DNA from: Okamejei kenojei
Taxonomy: Eukaryota
Assembly: GCA_035221665.1 (NCBI GenBank)
Contig: CM069132.1
Span: 35,650,001 to 35,714,000, forward strand
Direction: 5' to 3'
DNA: 64,000 nucleotides
Numbering within the stretch: the stretch's first letter is position 1; each line of letters opens with the position of its first letter. Position numbers and translations under genes: made by a program. Positions 46,601-54,961 of this stretch are shown here, one piece after another. The notes under the pieces are model-generated. The model saw only the letters and a list, made by a program, of their open reading frames with translations. It was not told the origin of the DNA and did not search any database.

Positions 46601-49411
46601 GATGGCATGTAGCTGAACACAAAGGTCATAACACACAATTGCTAGTCTGTCTGAGTGAATACCTAGGGTGAAGAAAAGGGAAAAGTTGGTTGAAATTGAG
46701 TTCCTGACTCTGGTGATTGCTGGTGAATAGTTAAACTTCTGATGGCTTAGTTGTTCTCCTCTTTGAAAGCAGTCATATGAAAATTAGTCATTGAAGCAAG
46801 GTGTCAGGAGTCTACCAACACTTATAAATTGAAATAAGGAAATTAGACTGGAAAATAAAAGATTTATTTATAGACCACAGCTAGTTTTGCAGGGAACTGG
46901 AACAAACTGTCCAGAAATTGTACCATACCTACTTTAGATGCACCAATACATGTCAATATTTAGTTTAGAGCCCTAAAAAAAGGAAAAGTTAATCAAACTC
47001 CAGTGTGTATTGGTGTTAGACAAGTTTAACACCCAGAAATAAAGGCTAAAACACTATCTTTACCATTTGTGGGACTTTTGTGTGGCTCCCAACATTCAGT
47101 TGTAAATACCTGTTCCAGTTTTGTGTTTGGTATGATTTCAACTAAGAATGATCCAATTTGGGCAAGGTTGAAATTTGAGAATGTGGCACTCAAGAAATGG
47201 ATGCTACATGAAACGTATTCTAAGTCAACAAGCCCTTCTGCTCAAACTCGTCCATGCCAATGAAGATGCCCCATCTAATCTCATCCTACTTGACAGCCTT
47301 TCTTCCATAATAAACCTCTAAACCGTTCCTCTCCATTTGTGTATTTATTCTTGATTAATGCAAAGATAAATTTCACACATTGCAATAACAAGGGGAAATT
47401 GTGTATATTACAATCTTATTATATTATATTTTTGTATTACAAATCAAATTTAATGTTTGAGGTAATTTTGATTTATGCTTTTATGTTCCTTTGTCTTTGT
47501 GTGATTTGAGTGGCTACATCAATAAGAATGTTTGATTTAATGCTATAAATGTATTGCCTTAGCTTACTACTGGATCGATCCCAACCAAGGATGCATCATG
47601 GATGCCATTAGAGTTTACTGCGACTTTGTATCTGGAGAGACCTGTGTACATGCCAATCCTGACATCATTGAACGTAGGAACTGGTGGAATAACAAGCAAC
47701 AAGAACAGAAACACATTTGGTTTGGTGAAACTATTAAAGATGGTGTACAGGTAACTGAAACCCAGATGCAACATGTTACAGATAATTTTGCAGCTTTCCA
47801 TAAAGTCAGTGCAGAATAAAATGCATTTAAAATGTTAACTTGAATATTTTTATTCCAGTTCACTTACAATGATGAGCACATCACTCCAGTTGTCATGGGA
47901 ACCCAGCTGACCTTCCTGCACCTTCTCTCCAATGAAGCCTCCCAGAATATCACCTACCATTGTAAGAACAGCGTAGCATACATGGATGAGGAGACCGGAA
48001 GCCTGAAAAAGTCAGTTATCCTTCTTGGTTCCAATGATGTTGAACTCCGAGCTGAAGGTAACAGCAGATTCACATACAGCGTTATGGAAGACGGATGCAC
48101 GGTAAGTTATGGTAGTTTCTTTTAAAGCTAACCATACTTAAATGTGTTAATTATGCGTTATGTAAAAACATTGCAGTTATTAATTGGATTATCTCCGAGC
48201 AGATTTTTAAGGCATGGGTAAAAGTGCGTGAAGCTTTAGAAGCCACAGGAGCAAATTTTAAATACTGATCTGTTTACTGCTGTCTTTTTTCTTTAGTATC
48301 ACTGCCTTAATACCAATAAAAGATTCTCAAAATAAAGTGCCTTTTGTACTCTGCCATAGTATATCTATTATGTTTTTTTTTTTCCTTTTCAACACTTTAG
48401 TTATATAAAGGAACTTTAGCTCCAAATGCCACAATCATTTATTTATTGATCTCAACCATATTTCACAATTGTGTTACATCCATCAAGCACTTAGTATTAA
48501 TTTTGCATTAAATTATTTACTTTTGATAAAACCTTACTTTCTCCCCATCACCAGATTGTTTCTAACCTATCAGCATGGTAATTATTCTCAATGCTTCAGC
48601 AGTGAATCCTACACTAAAGTTAAATAAGAAGGGTCATATTATATTATGTTGATTGTGTCCCGGAAGGCAAAATATCCTTATACCAAAATTTAGATTAGTA
48701 AAACATAAGAATCTGCTACCTCCAACAATCATAGCATTGAAAAAGTTATACAGATATGTTCAAATATTTCCCAGATCTGCAACATGTACATAATCTTCAG
48801 TCATTTCTGGACATGCATTTTAAATAGCAAATATTAAAGTTCCATATAAATGTTACAACATAGAACAGTACAGCACATGAAATATATATATTGAATTGTG
48901 AACCATGTAATTTAAACTAACTTGTTCTTAGAAGTATTCTGTCAAATAAAACTTGCTTTGAATCTTGCAACACTAGATTAAATGGAATAAACTGTGGGCA
49001 ATATGAAAGGTTAGCCCCCCCCCACCCATTTAACTTTAGCTCACACAGCTGATCTCTATGCCCTTGATCAGACGCCTGTTCAAAACTGCCCAGAAGTTGC
49101 ACAGTTAATGGGGGTAACTCCAGAATCTTGAATAACCACATTAAAAATGAACCCTCTTTAGAATTGTTTTATTTATTTTTAATCATTTTTAGATTACATG
49201 TTTAGGATTTTACCAAATTTATGCATTACCTCAAAATGACATTATTCCATCTTGCTTTTAACAGAGACATACCGGTGAATGGAGTAAGACAGTCATTGAA
49301 TACAGAACAAAGAAAACATCTCGCTTGCCATTTATGGACATTGCACCTATGGATATTGGTGGCCCAGAACAAGAATTTGGTTTGGACATTGGCCCAGTCT
49401 GTTTCAAATAA
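1603..49411 (+). CDS. COL1A2: Collagen type I alpha-2 chain gene (pro-alpha2(I)), exons 2-52; exon 1 not in window
   Basis: Spliced Gly-X-Y exons of 45/54/99/108/162 bp follow the canonical clade-A order and sum to 3042 nt (1014 aa) with one exon 24. Tiny exons 2-3 and no vWC exon; exon 39 GMTGFPG; C-telopeptide without Lys; [11 protein letters not shown] (Cys2->Ser, 7 Cys in total); ends VCFK*. Confidence 0.96.
1708..1728 (+). CDS. COL1A2: Exon 3 (21 bp, GYQDELM)
   Basis: ttctattgcag|...|gtatgt; phase 0, open frame. Confidence 0.8.
1812..1945 (+). repeat. Penelope-derived short repeat with a decayed hammerhead motif
   Basis: gaagggtctcg..gaaatgtcacc...gatgctgcctgacccgctga..tactccagcattttgtgtctatcttc; family members near 10510, 16200, 24770, 26203, 27910, 54360, 56303, 59430 and 61710. 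Confidence 0.7.
3290..3975. mobile_element. Old tRNA-derived SINE fragments (DeuSINE/SacSINE-like), two pieces in opposite orientation
   Basis: tRNA-like head ggctcagtcatggcact...aagcccactcca on + and its reverse (gaaccttctgcctctgagg...ctactgagcc) near 3930-3972; a related piece lies at about 44600-44840. Confidence 0.45.
4218..4262 (+). CDS. COL1A2: Exon 4 (45 bp, N-propeptide minor helix [15 protein letters not shown])
   Basis: ttcag|...|gtattt; Gly-X-Y. Confidence 0.92.
4513..4590 (+). CDS. COL1A2: Exon 5 (78 bp, [26 protein letters not shown])
   Basis: catag|...|gtaagt; Gly-X-Y. Confidence 0.93.
4795..5720 (+). mobile_element. CR1/HER1-type LINE 3' fragments; a younger copy (about 5066-5450) is nested in an older one
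   Basis: [20 protein letters not shown]...[26 protein letters not shown] is the CR1 ORF2 C-terminus; 3' tail ggcctactcctgcacctattgtct. Confidence 0.85.
6220..6267 (+). CDS. COL1A2: Exon 6 (48 bp, [16 protein letters not shown]: N-proteinase A|Q site, N-telopeptide Lys, helix start)
   Basis: ttttcag|...|gtacgt; YAAQY resembles alpha2(I) FAAQY. Confidence 0.9.
8729..8773 (+). CDS. COL1A2: Exon 7 (45 bp)
   Basis: AG/GT; [15 protein letters not shown]. Confidence 0.95.
8931..8984 (+). CDS. COL1A2: Exon 8 (54 bp)
   Basis: AG/GT; [18 protein letters not shown]. Confidence 0.95.
9086..9139 (+). CDS. COL1A2: Exon 9 (54 bp)
   Basis: AG/GT; [18 protein letters not shown]. Confidence 0.95.
11549..11602 (+). 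CDS. COL1A2: Exon 10 (54 bp, GC donor)
   Basis: tacag|[18 protein letters not shown]|gcaagt. Confidence 0.92.
11736..11789 (+). CDS. COL1A2: Exon 11 (54 bp, K87 cross-link site KGHR)
   Basis: AG/GT; [18 protein letters not shown]. Confidence 0.95.
11879..11932 (+). CDS. COL1A2: Exon 12 (54 bp)
   Basis: AG/GT; [18 protein letters not shown]. Confidence 0.95.
14350..14394 (+). CDS. COL1A2: Exon 13 (45 bp)
   Basis: AG/GT; [15 protein letters not shown]. Confidence 0.93.
15076..15129 (+). CDS. COL1A2: Exon 14 (54 bp)
   Basis: AG/GT; [18 protein letters not shown]. Confidence 0.95.
15551..15595 (+). CDS. COL1A2: Exon 15 (45 bp)
   Basis: AG/GT; [15 protein letters not shown]. Confidence 0.95.
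15650..15955 (-). mobile_element. tRNA-derived V/HE1-type SINE, degenerate
   Basis: Reverse match to the SINE body (cacagggagaatgtacaaactcc...tgaggcaacagctct). Confidence 0.65.
16629..16682 (+). CDS. COL1A2: Exon 16 (54 bp)
   Basis: AG/GT; [18 protein letters not shown]. Confidence 0.95.
18484..18582 (+). CDS. COL1A2: Exon 17 (99 bp)
   Basis: AG/GT; [33 protein letters not shown]. Confidence 0.95.
18684..18728 (+). CDS. COL1A2: Exon 18 (45 bp)
   Basis: AG/GT; [15 protein letters not shown]. Confidence 0.94.
18814..18912 (+). CDS. COL1A2: Exon 19 (99 bp)
   Basis: AG/GT; [33 protein letters not shown]. Confidence 0.95.
19017..19070 (+). CDS. COL1A2: Exon 20 (54 bp)
   Basis: AG/GT; [18 protein letters not shown]. 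Confidence 0.95.
19169..19276 (+). CDS. COL1A2: Exon 21 (108 bp)
   Basis: AG/GT; [36 protein letters not shown]. Confidence 0.95.
19759..19812 (+). CDS. COL1A2: Exon 22 (54 bp)
   Basis: AG/GT; [18 protein letters not shown]. Confidence 0.95.
19944..20042 (+). CDS. COL1A2: Exon 23 (99 bp)
   Basis: AG/GT; [33 protein letters not shown]. Confidence 0.95.
20275..20980 (-). mobile_element. GC-rich non-autonomous retroposon-like repeat (same family as 60103-60940)
   Basis: CpG-rich island in an AT-rich intron; on -, head gggcaccg..atggctgcc and tail aataaa plus short repeats; internal ctccg(c/t)aatgtt subrepeats shared with the 60 kb copy. Confidence 0.6.
21301..21354 (+). CDS. COL1A2: Exon 24a (54 bp, candidate mutually exclusive exon)
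   Basis: ttcctcactatag|[18 protein letters not shown]|gtaagt. Confidence 0.8.
21394..21447 (+). CDS. COL1A2: Exon 24b (54 bp, candidate mutually exclusive exon)
   Basis: ttatttttcag|[18 protein letters not shown]|gtaagt; the GKxGP ending matches canonical exon 24. Confidence 0.82.
22103..22405 (+). mobile_element. tRNA-derived V/HE1-type SINE
   Basis: A/B-box-like head, tail gggccaaagggcctgtttcc, (tcaa)n end. Confidence 0.75.
22952..23050 (+). CDS. COL1A2: Exon 25 (99 bp)
   Basis: AG/GT; [33 protein letters not shown]. Confidence 0.95.
23552..23605 (+). CDS. COL1A2: Exon 26 (54 bp)
   Basis: AG/GT; [18 protein letters not shown]. Confidence 0.95.
24085..24293 (+). repeat. 209-bp intronic direct repeat, copy 1 (intron 26)
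   Basis: Near-identical to 25454-25662. Confidence 0.9.
25232..25285 (+). CDS. COL1A2: Exon 27 (54 bp)
   Basis: AG/GT; [18 protein letters not shown]. Confidence 0.95.
25454..25662 (+). repeat. 209-bp intronic direct repeat, copy 2 (intron 27)
   Basis: Near-identical to 24085-24293. Confidence 0.9.
25804..25857 (+). CDS. COL1A2: Exon 28 (54 bp)
   Basis: AG/GT (weak gtctga donor); [18 protein letters not shown]. Confidence 0.94.
26069..26754. mobile_element. Non-autonomous PIF/Harbinger-type DNA transposon (MITE)
   Basis: About 65-bp imperfect TIRs (agcccctgtcccacttacgtg... / ...cacgtaagtgggacaggacct) and a TAA target duplication at 26066-26068 and 26755-26757. Confidence 0.85.
26203..26400. 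repeat. About 200-bp palindrome of two inverted Penelope-derived termini nested in the MITE
   Basis: ttgaagatgggcacaaaatgc...cttcag|t|ctgaaag...gcattttgtgtctatcttcaa. Confidence 0.85.
27596..27649 (+). CDS. COL1A2: Exon 29 (54 bp)
   Basis: AG/GT; [18 protein letters not shown]. Confidence 0.95.
28850..28894 (+). CDS. COL1A2: Exon 30 (45 bp)
   Basis: AG/GT; [15 protein letters not shown]. Confidence 0.95.
28989..29087 (+). CDS. COL1A2: Exon 31 (99 bp)
   Basis: AG/GT; [33 protein letters not shown]. Confidence 0.95.
30415..30712 (-). mobile_element. V/HE1-type SINE, degenerate
   Basis: Reverse SINE body (caaactccacac, tgtgaggcagc). Confidence 0.6.
31313..31420 (+). CDS. COL1A2: Exon 32 (108 bp)
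   Basis: AG/GT; [36 protein letters not shown]. Confidence 0.95.
31742..31795 (+). CDS. COL1A2: Exon 33 (54 bp)
   Basis: AG/GT; [18 protein letters not shown]. Confidence 0.95.
31903..31956 (+). CDS. COL1A2: Exon 34 (54 bp)
   Basis: AG/GT; [18 protein letters not shown]. Confidence 0.95.
32130..33365 (+). mobile_element. Decayed CR1-type LINE fragments with a nested SINE (about 32500-32870)
   Basis: Translation [16 protein letters not shown] resembles CR1 RT C-terminus; CR1 3' tails; SINE head at about 32500. Confidence 0.65.
33503..33556 (+). CDS. COL1A2: Exon 35 (54 bp)
   Basis: AG/GT; [18 protein letters not shown]. Confidence 0.95.
34640..34693 (+). CDS. COL1A2: Exon 36 (54 bp)
   Basis: AG/GT; [18 protein letters not shown]. 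Confidence 0.95.
34795..34902 (+). CDS. COL1A2: Exon 37 (108 bp)
   Basis: AG/GT; [36 protein letters not shown]. Confidence 0.95.
36130..36285 (-). mobile_element. Penelope-like element fragment (C-terminus of the GIY-YIG region)
   Basis: [29 protein letters not shown] matches the PLE-type LHC...KLEEQxLIFxLGxLxPxGMN pattern also seen at 59151-59357. Confidence 0.7.
36422..36475 (+). CDS. COL1A2: Exon 38 (54 bp)
   Basis: AG/GT; [18 protein letters not shown]. Confidence 0.94.
36812..36865 (+). CDS. COL1A2: Exon 39 (54 bp)
   Basis: AG/GT; [18 protein letters not shown]. Confidence 0.95.
38038..38199 (+). CDS. COL1A2: Exon 40 (162 bp)
   Basis: AG/GT; 18 Gly-X-Y triplets, GPQGSQ...[12 protein letters not shown]. 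Confidence 0.95.
38285..38392 (+). CDS. COL1A2: Exon 41 (108 bp, collagenase site G775|L776)
   Basis: AG/GT; [36 protein letters not shown]. Confidence 0.95.
38700..40200 (+). mobile_element. Highly decayed CR1-type LINE with nested fragments
   Basis: Collinear degenerate similarity to the CR1 RT region at 62-63 kb. Confidence 0.5.
40478..41649 (+). mobile_element. 5'-truncated L1/Tx1-clade LINE (ORF2 C-terminus, 3'UTR, poly(A))
   Basis: Frameshifted ORF with [11 protein letters not shown] and the CCHC finger CDKC-x7-H-x4-C; AATAAA at 41627 and A-tail; 11-bp TSD aatctgcaaat at 40467-40477 and 41650-41660. Confidence 0.9.
42186..42293 (+). CDS. COL1A2: Exon 42 (108 bp)
   Basis: AG/GT; [36 protein letters not shown]. 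Confidence 0.95.
42416..42469 (+). CDS. COL1A2: Exon 43 (54 bp)
   Basis: AG/GT; [18 protein letters not shown]. Confidence 0.95.
42614..42721 (+). CDS. COL1A2: Exon 44 (108 bp)
   Basis: AG/GT; [36 protein letters not shown]. Confidence 0.95.
42820..42873 (+). CDS. COL1A2: Exon 45 (54 bp)
   Basis: AG/GT; [18 protein letters not shown]. Confidence 0.95.
43140..43620. mobile_element. CR1 3' tail fragment (-) followed by a V/HE1-type SINE (+)
   Basis: ccattcgatcatggctgatc (CR1 tail, reverse); SINE body ttgatcctgacctcgggt...catgttctccctgtgac. Confidence 0.65.
43919..44026 (+). CDS. COL1A2: Exon 46 (108 bp, K930 region)
   Basis: AG/GT; [36 protein letters not shown]. Confidence 0.95.
44133..44186 (+). 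CDS. COL1A2: Exon 47 (54 bp)
   Basis: AG/GT; [18 protein letters not shown]. Confidence 0.95.
44281..44388 (+). CDS. COL1A2: Exon 48 (108 bp)
   Basis: AG/GT; [36 protein letters not shown]. Confidence 0.95.
45992..46238 (+). CDS. COL1A2: Exon 49 (247 bp: helix end, C-telopeptide, BMP1 site YRA|DQP, C-propeptide start)
   Basis: [33 protein letters not shown]...[18 protein letters not shown]; AG/GT. Confidence 0.96.
46268..46550 (+). mobile_element. V/HE1-type SINE
   Basis: ggcagcatagtggcatagcagtagaattgctgcctcacag...cccaaagacgtacaggtttgtaggttaattggc. Confidence 0.8.
47563..47750 (+). CDS. COL1A2: Exon 50 (188 bp, C-propeptide/COLFI)
   Basis: [21 protein letters not shown]...[14 protein letters not shown]; AG/GT. 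Confidence 0.96.
47859..48101 (+). CDS. COL1A2: Exon 51 (243 bp, C-propeptide, N-glycosylation sequon NIT)
   Basis: FTYNDEH...[12 protein letters not shown]...[18 protein letters not shown]; AG/GT. Confidence 0.96.
49265..49411 (+). CDS. COL1A2: Exon 52 coding part (147 bp to TAA)
   Basis: [48 protein letters not shown]. Confidence 0.96.
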   Translation, partial: RHTGEWSKTVIEYRTKKTSRLPFMDIAPMDIGGPEQEFGLDIGPVCFK

Positions 49412-49660
49412 ATGAACTTGAGCTAAATTAGAATACTCTCTGCATTTTTTCTTTTATTTTTTACATTGCTGACTCATTCCATGTCTTCTGCTCATCCACT
49501 TGCTTAAGTTCTGGACTTAACGAGAAGTAGGAAATCCAAAAAAAAGGGAAATTGTTTTCTCCGTTCAATTTTAATGCAGTTCCCAACAACTTGGAAATTT
49601 GAAGAGATTATTGCAGGTGAAACCTTGCCCTAAAGGTTGAAATCAAAACAATGGAAAGTA

Positions 49661-49666
49661 AATAAA
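49661..49666 (+). terminator. Proximal polyadenylation signal AATAAA
   Basis: Canonical hexamer about 250 nt after the stop codon. Confidence 0.55.
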
Positions 49667-49747
49667 AGAAAGTGAAAAAGTGTGTCACTTGTAGTCTTTG
49701 AATATTTTCAAAGAGGAAGTTTAAAACCACAGCTTCCCAAGGTTTAA

Positions 49748-49756
49748 ACTACCTCA
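49748..49756 (+). promoter_or_regulatory. Overlapping let-7 8mer (CTACCTCA) and miR-196 7mer-m8 (ACTACCT) seed site
   Basis: aactacctca read directly in the 3'UTR. Confidence 0.65.
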
Positions 49757-49888
49757 TATACTTATTTTAAAGTATTAAACACATAATTTCTTTCTCAAAT
49801 TTAACTGTGGTACTTGGGGTTCACGTAATTTTGTAAAGGTGCTAAGTGGTATTGAATTGTGCAGATACCGTGCTTGAAGTACTAACTG

Positions 49889-49896
49889 TGGTGCTA
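49889..49896 (+). promoter_or_regulatory. miR-29 8mer seed site TGGTGCTA (second 7mer-A1 site GGTGCTA at 49838-49844)
   Basis: Direct seed match; miR-29 is an established collagen regulator. Confidence 0.7.
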
Positions 49897-50219
49897 ACTG
49901 AATGTCCCATGCCATCAATGAATCTGTCACTTTGTGAGATCACATTTCCAGTGCTGTATTAAGTTGTACAGTGGATTTTATTTCTCAGTAAAATCCTTTG
50001 AATATTGCCATGGAATCCTCTTGTCTATTCCCAAATTAAACATGTGGATACCTTCCTTGCCATTTCCATCTCATTACTTCAGGTGTTCATGCTTTTAGCC
50101 ATGCACTTTCACTCCAACTGAATGGACAAAGGAAGCAACAATTCTAAAATCAAAACAATGACAACTAAAATTGTTCCTATTTTGTATATGTGACAAGTGA
50201 GATGTTTTAATAATTGTGA

Positions 50220-50225
50220 AATAAA
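50220..50225 (+). terminator. Distal polyadenylation signal AATAAA
   Basis: Canonical hexamer with an upstream TGTA element, in the conserved-looking terminal block. Confidence 0.75.
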
Positions 50226-52817
50226 GCATGAAAATGTTCTGAAGTAACTTGTTTCATGACTCTAGTTCATGTTACAAATTCTAAAAAATGAAATATTCCC
50301 CCCCCCCACCAATCCTTAAAGTGTCAATCTTCCAAATATACAGAGGAATAACTGATTCAGATGTCACCACCTTTTTCACATGGAAATCTAAATTTGACTA
50401 TTGTTAAACATCCGGTAACAATCTCCAGTTATCCTGTACTAATCTGATCTCACAAGTTTTACTTGCGTTAAATCAGAATCAGAATCTCACTGTAGTATTC
50501 AATGTAAATAACCTGAAGGTGTGGGAAAAGTAGGGTCATCTGTGCAGTAAAATGTTTTTTAAGGTAGTAGTTTACAATGTCAAGACAAATGGATAACTTG
50601 AATGGTTCACCACTCTGGACAAATAGAAAGTATTTCTAGCACAATACTTAATTTTGTGTTCATTTCAAACACAACAATATTCTTTGTTGGAAGTAAGAAA
50701 ATATGCATAATTTAAAATGTTATGTTTTCATCTCCGTGACCCCATGTACATTTTTTAGTTTATAGCAATAAGCTATTAATGTTTCACATCACCACTTCTT
50801 CCTGAACTTTTTTCTCGCTACCACCTCACCTTGCTAATTACTTAAATACCTTCTAAAATGTCTTCTTTGACTGTGGCTTTTATCTTCCATCTGTTTGAAT
50901 TTTCCTACTGCTTTACTTTATCAGTTTCTAGATTAACCATGCACACTCACTAGTGTTGTTTTCTCCACCATTCCGGTGGGAAAATATGCTAAGGTTCTTC
51001 ACTGGAGGGTGATCTAACAAAGCAATGCATGCTTCTAAATCAAATATCTTAAACAAGACTTGGGTTTTTTTCCCCCCCCCCATATTCCAGTGAGGGTGAA
51101 ACTGCCTTTTGCAGGCCTTTACTCAAAATATTTAAATATATTTCCCTTTGGTTGGAGTTTCTGTGTGCAGTGGAGAAGTTATACAGATCAGAGGAGCATC
51201 AGCAACAAAAATGAACAAACTGCCTCTTTTTATGATTAAACTCAATCTCTTCTTTTGGTCAAAGCTTGAATCTTAGATGCAGAAGAATTCTAATAGTATT
51301 CAGTAGGGCTAATACCGTGCTGAATGGCCATGATTCAAGTGGGAGACTCACCTTAAGCATCAGCGCTCTAGCGGCACACAGGGCAGAAGTGAAGCAAGCT
51401 AGTGTGAGCCAGCACTATTTAGTAGTAAGGAAGTAGTGAATAAACACTGAACAGAAACGCTGTATCTCTAAACTAAACTTGGGTGTAGGAAAGTGTTACT
51501 GTGCGGGATTGTTGGACGGCGTGGGCCAAAGGGCCTGTTCCCATGCTGTATCTCTAAACTAAAATGGGTTAAATTGTTAATGTCAGTAATATGTTCCTAC
51601 TAGTATGATTTACTTTCATCCCTGCTACAGAGAAAATCACACCTCGACCTGGCTCAGTGTCGAAAACACCTTTGCATGCACTTTTTCACAGGAATAATGT
51701 GGATCACTAACCCAAGTCACTTCTCACCTTCAGGAATACCAAACCACAATGGCAAAAATGAATAACAGCAATGGATTGATGCTTGTTCATTACCAAAAGC
51801 ATTTCCTTAGATTCTGTTGTATGGTTCAATTTATAGAGCTTGATTTAGTTAGGAATCATCTTGGATTTCCAATGATTTTAAAACCACTTACAACCCAATT
51901 GCCAATCTTCATCCCAACTAAAACACAAGAAAGAGTTGGGCAAGGCAGGGAAAGCGTAAACAAGGAGATTCTATTTCAAACACATTCTCAGATGTTAATA
52001 TTTATGATGGTAATGCAGGCATTGGTTAAGCATCACACAAAAAGCAGGAACGAGCCTGCTATGACCTTCAATCTAGCATTCAAGGTCATAGTGTGATGAC
52101 ATTAACACATCAACACAACTCGAATGGTCTGCACAACCAGTTATGTGATTTCTACTGTGAAACAATAGAAACAATATAGGAGACAGATATCTGGAGGAAA
52201 ATGGAGAGGAGGAGTACCCCCATACTTATTAAATGTCAAAAATAAAGCCTAAGCAGGTCAGGTAATATTCATGCAGAATAAAAGAGTTAACTTTTTAGAT
52301 CCTTAAAGAGCCTTTAGGCCTCAGACATAGCTTGCTCACAATCTTCAGAAAACTCCCAGTTCAGTCATCCACATATTTGGAGGGAATACTGTCCCTCCTA
52401 ATAGGTGTTAGCAGGGAATTCTGTCCAGCCATGTCCAAGGGGAACTCCCTCTAATCAGTCACCTGGAGGATTTGTTCTGACAGATTTGCAATATGGAGCC
52501 TCTCGTAGCTAGATTACCATTCCCACAGGTGACCTGGGTATACATTGGCTGTGTGTCAGATTGGACATTGGAAATAGTTATTCATATCAAAGCCCAGCTT
52601 TAAGTACACAAGGGTAATGTATTCTAGACCTTGCTGGGTCCACTTTATATCTGTTACCACTGCAAACAAAAGAATCAAGGACATAGTCCATGAAAACATT
52701 CACTTATAAAGAATACACACAAAATGGTACATCATGATCGTCAGTATCTGTAGGTTTTCCTGGGTAACCCAAATTAAACTTTAGAACTGAGTACTGAAAG
52801 TAATAGTACAGCTAGGT

Positions 52818-53005
52818 CAGGGGTTCCCAACCTTTTTTGTCCTGTAGTACATAACAATGTTATTTCACTTATTTATGAACAACTAATGTTGAATAGAATA
52901 CCAGAACCAAACACAGTCAGTCAATGAGAAAAAATATGTACAAATCCAGAATCAACAAATTTACCCCCTGGGTTGGTGAAATTTACCCCAGGTTTGGAAC
53001 CCTTG
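52818..53005. mobile_element. hAT-type MITE (188 bp)
   Basis: TIRs caggggttcccaacct / aggtttggaacccttg; perfect 8-bp TSD agctaggt at 52810-52817 and 53006-53013. Confidence 0.9.
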
Positions 53006-54544
53006 AGCTAGGTAGTGCCCACAAGCTAGTGCTCCCAAGTGTGTACAGGAGCATGGTATTGACTGCTTGATATATATGCTGCATAAAACATTTAGAGCCA
53101 GGTTGCTCATAAACAATATTTTACATCTATAAAGTGGACAGCAGCATTTAAAGCGGGCCCATCTCTCCTGTACTTTCTGTAGCAATGTTACAAAATGTTG
53201 AGATTTTATCAATTCTGCAATTTATCTCATCAGATAAAGCATAAAAAGAAGTTTAATTTGACACCTAATTCACTTTCATATCTTCAGTATTAAAAAAGTT
53301 ATGGCCATTTTCATACTCGGAAATTAGCATCTTGTTTCCTATTGCTTTTCCATTGATTTAACACAAAAGCTGTGATCGAAGACAGTCAAAACCCATAACT
53401 TTCTTAAAAATTAAGAGAACTGAATGAAATATTCAGTTATTATAGATTCAAGTATTCTGAAACAAATATAAAACATCTTACTTGTATGACCCGAAATTAA
53501 AGCATTTAATTAGCTAATTACCTAAGTGTAGCTAATTACAAAATTAACCGTTGTGACAGAAATAGTAATAAACTCCCAGACTGCCATGAAAATTCAAAAA
53601 TGTGATATTCTCAAGATCAGAACTTTAGTATTATATGCTGTAAGTCCGTAACAGATAGGTAAATAAATTACAATTTCTAGCAATAGACCAAGTCTTTATG
53701 GAGAAGATCAGTTGCTAGCTGGTACATTGGCATATCATAATCAGTGGCATCATCATACCCCTCACATTGTAACCAATAACCAACACTGTACACCTTGTTT
53801 TTCATCAACTTTTCAATTTTGGCATTGTAAACTACAAGTTTTTGCTCTTCAAACCACGCATGACATACCTTTCTGCCCACTACTTTCCCATTAAGAATGT
53901 CCTGTAGATTCCATTTCTTAAGAAAAGGATATATATTTTTAAATAGCCTAAGTATCCAAATAACAAACTAATCCCATTCACACAAGACTTCACAATATAA
54001 CATGATTTTTAAATCTCACTGTCATGAATTTATATGCTTATCCTTAAACTTCATTGATCCATTACTGGCATTTAAGATGCTATTAGATCGGCACATAGAT
54101 ATGCAGGGAATGGAGGGATATGGTACACGTGCAGGCAGAGGAGATTAGGTTAACCTGGCATCATGTACTGTACGGACATTGTGGACCAAAGGGCCCGTTC
54201 CTGTGCTGTACTGGTTTATGTTCTATGTATTGGAGGCAATGCCTTTAACAGCCTAAACCTGATGCTCTATAGTCCCTTTCTTCAATCCCTCCATCTTTTC
54301 ACCTATCTCTCCTCATTTAAAACCTAGCTATTTGGCAAAGATTTCCTCTTCCTTCAGCAAAAAACAAGATGCTTGAGGAACTCAACGCGTCAGGCAGCAC
54401 TGGTGGAGGGAGTGGACAGATGACGTTTTCGGTCAGGACCCTTCTCCAGAGTGATTTTCTCTTCAGTTAAATGTTATTTTATAACATTCCCATTCAGCTT
54501 GTTTTATTTCATAAAAGGTGTTACAGAAATTCCCTCTAAACCTT

Positions 54545-54960
54545 TCCTATTCATGGAACCGTCCAAACATCTTCCAAATGCTGTTATTGTACCTGCCTCA
54601 AATACTTCTGTGGGCATCCCGTTCAACATACCCACATCTTCCGTGTCAAAAAGTTGCCTCTCAGGTTTCTATTAGATCTTTCTCCTCTCATCTCTAATCT
54701 ATGTCCTCTAGTTCTTGATTCTCCTTTCCTTGGAAAAAGACAGTGTATTAATCCTATCTATTCCCCTCATGATTTTATACAGCTCTATAACATCATCCCT
54801 CAGCCTCCTGTGCTCCAAGGAATGAAGTCCTAGTCTGTCCAACCTCTCCCGATAGCTTAGGCCCTAGAGTTCTAGTAACATCCATGTAAACCTCCTCTGC
54901 ACCAGTTTCAGACGGCATCTTTCCTACAGTGGGCAAAACTGAACACAATACTCCAAGTAC
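54545..54960 (-). mobile_element. CR1-type LINE 3' fragment
   Basis: Reverse CR1 motifs (aactgaacacaatactccaag, ctattcccctcatgattttatac). Confidence 0.7.
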
Positions 54961-54961
54961 A

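Larger units (their letters stand above)
49412..50245 (+). other. COL1A2: COL1A2 3'UTR
   Basis: Follows the stop codon. The distal block ctattttgtatatgtg...gagatgttt...aataaagcatg resembles, from memory, the mammalian COL1A2 mRNA 3' end. The 3' boundary is approximate. Confidence 0.8.
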
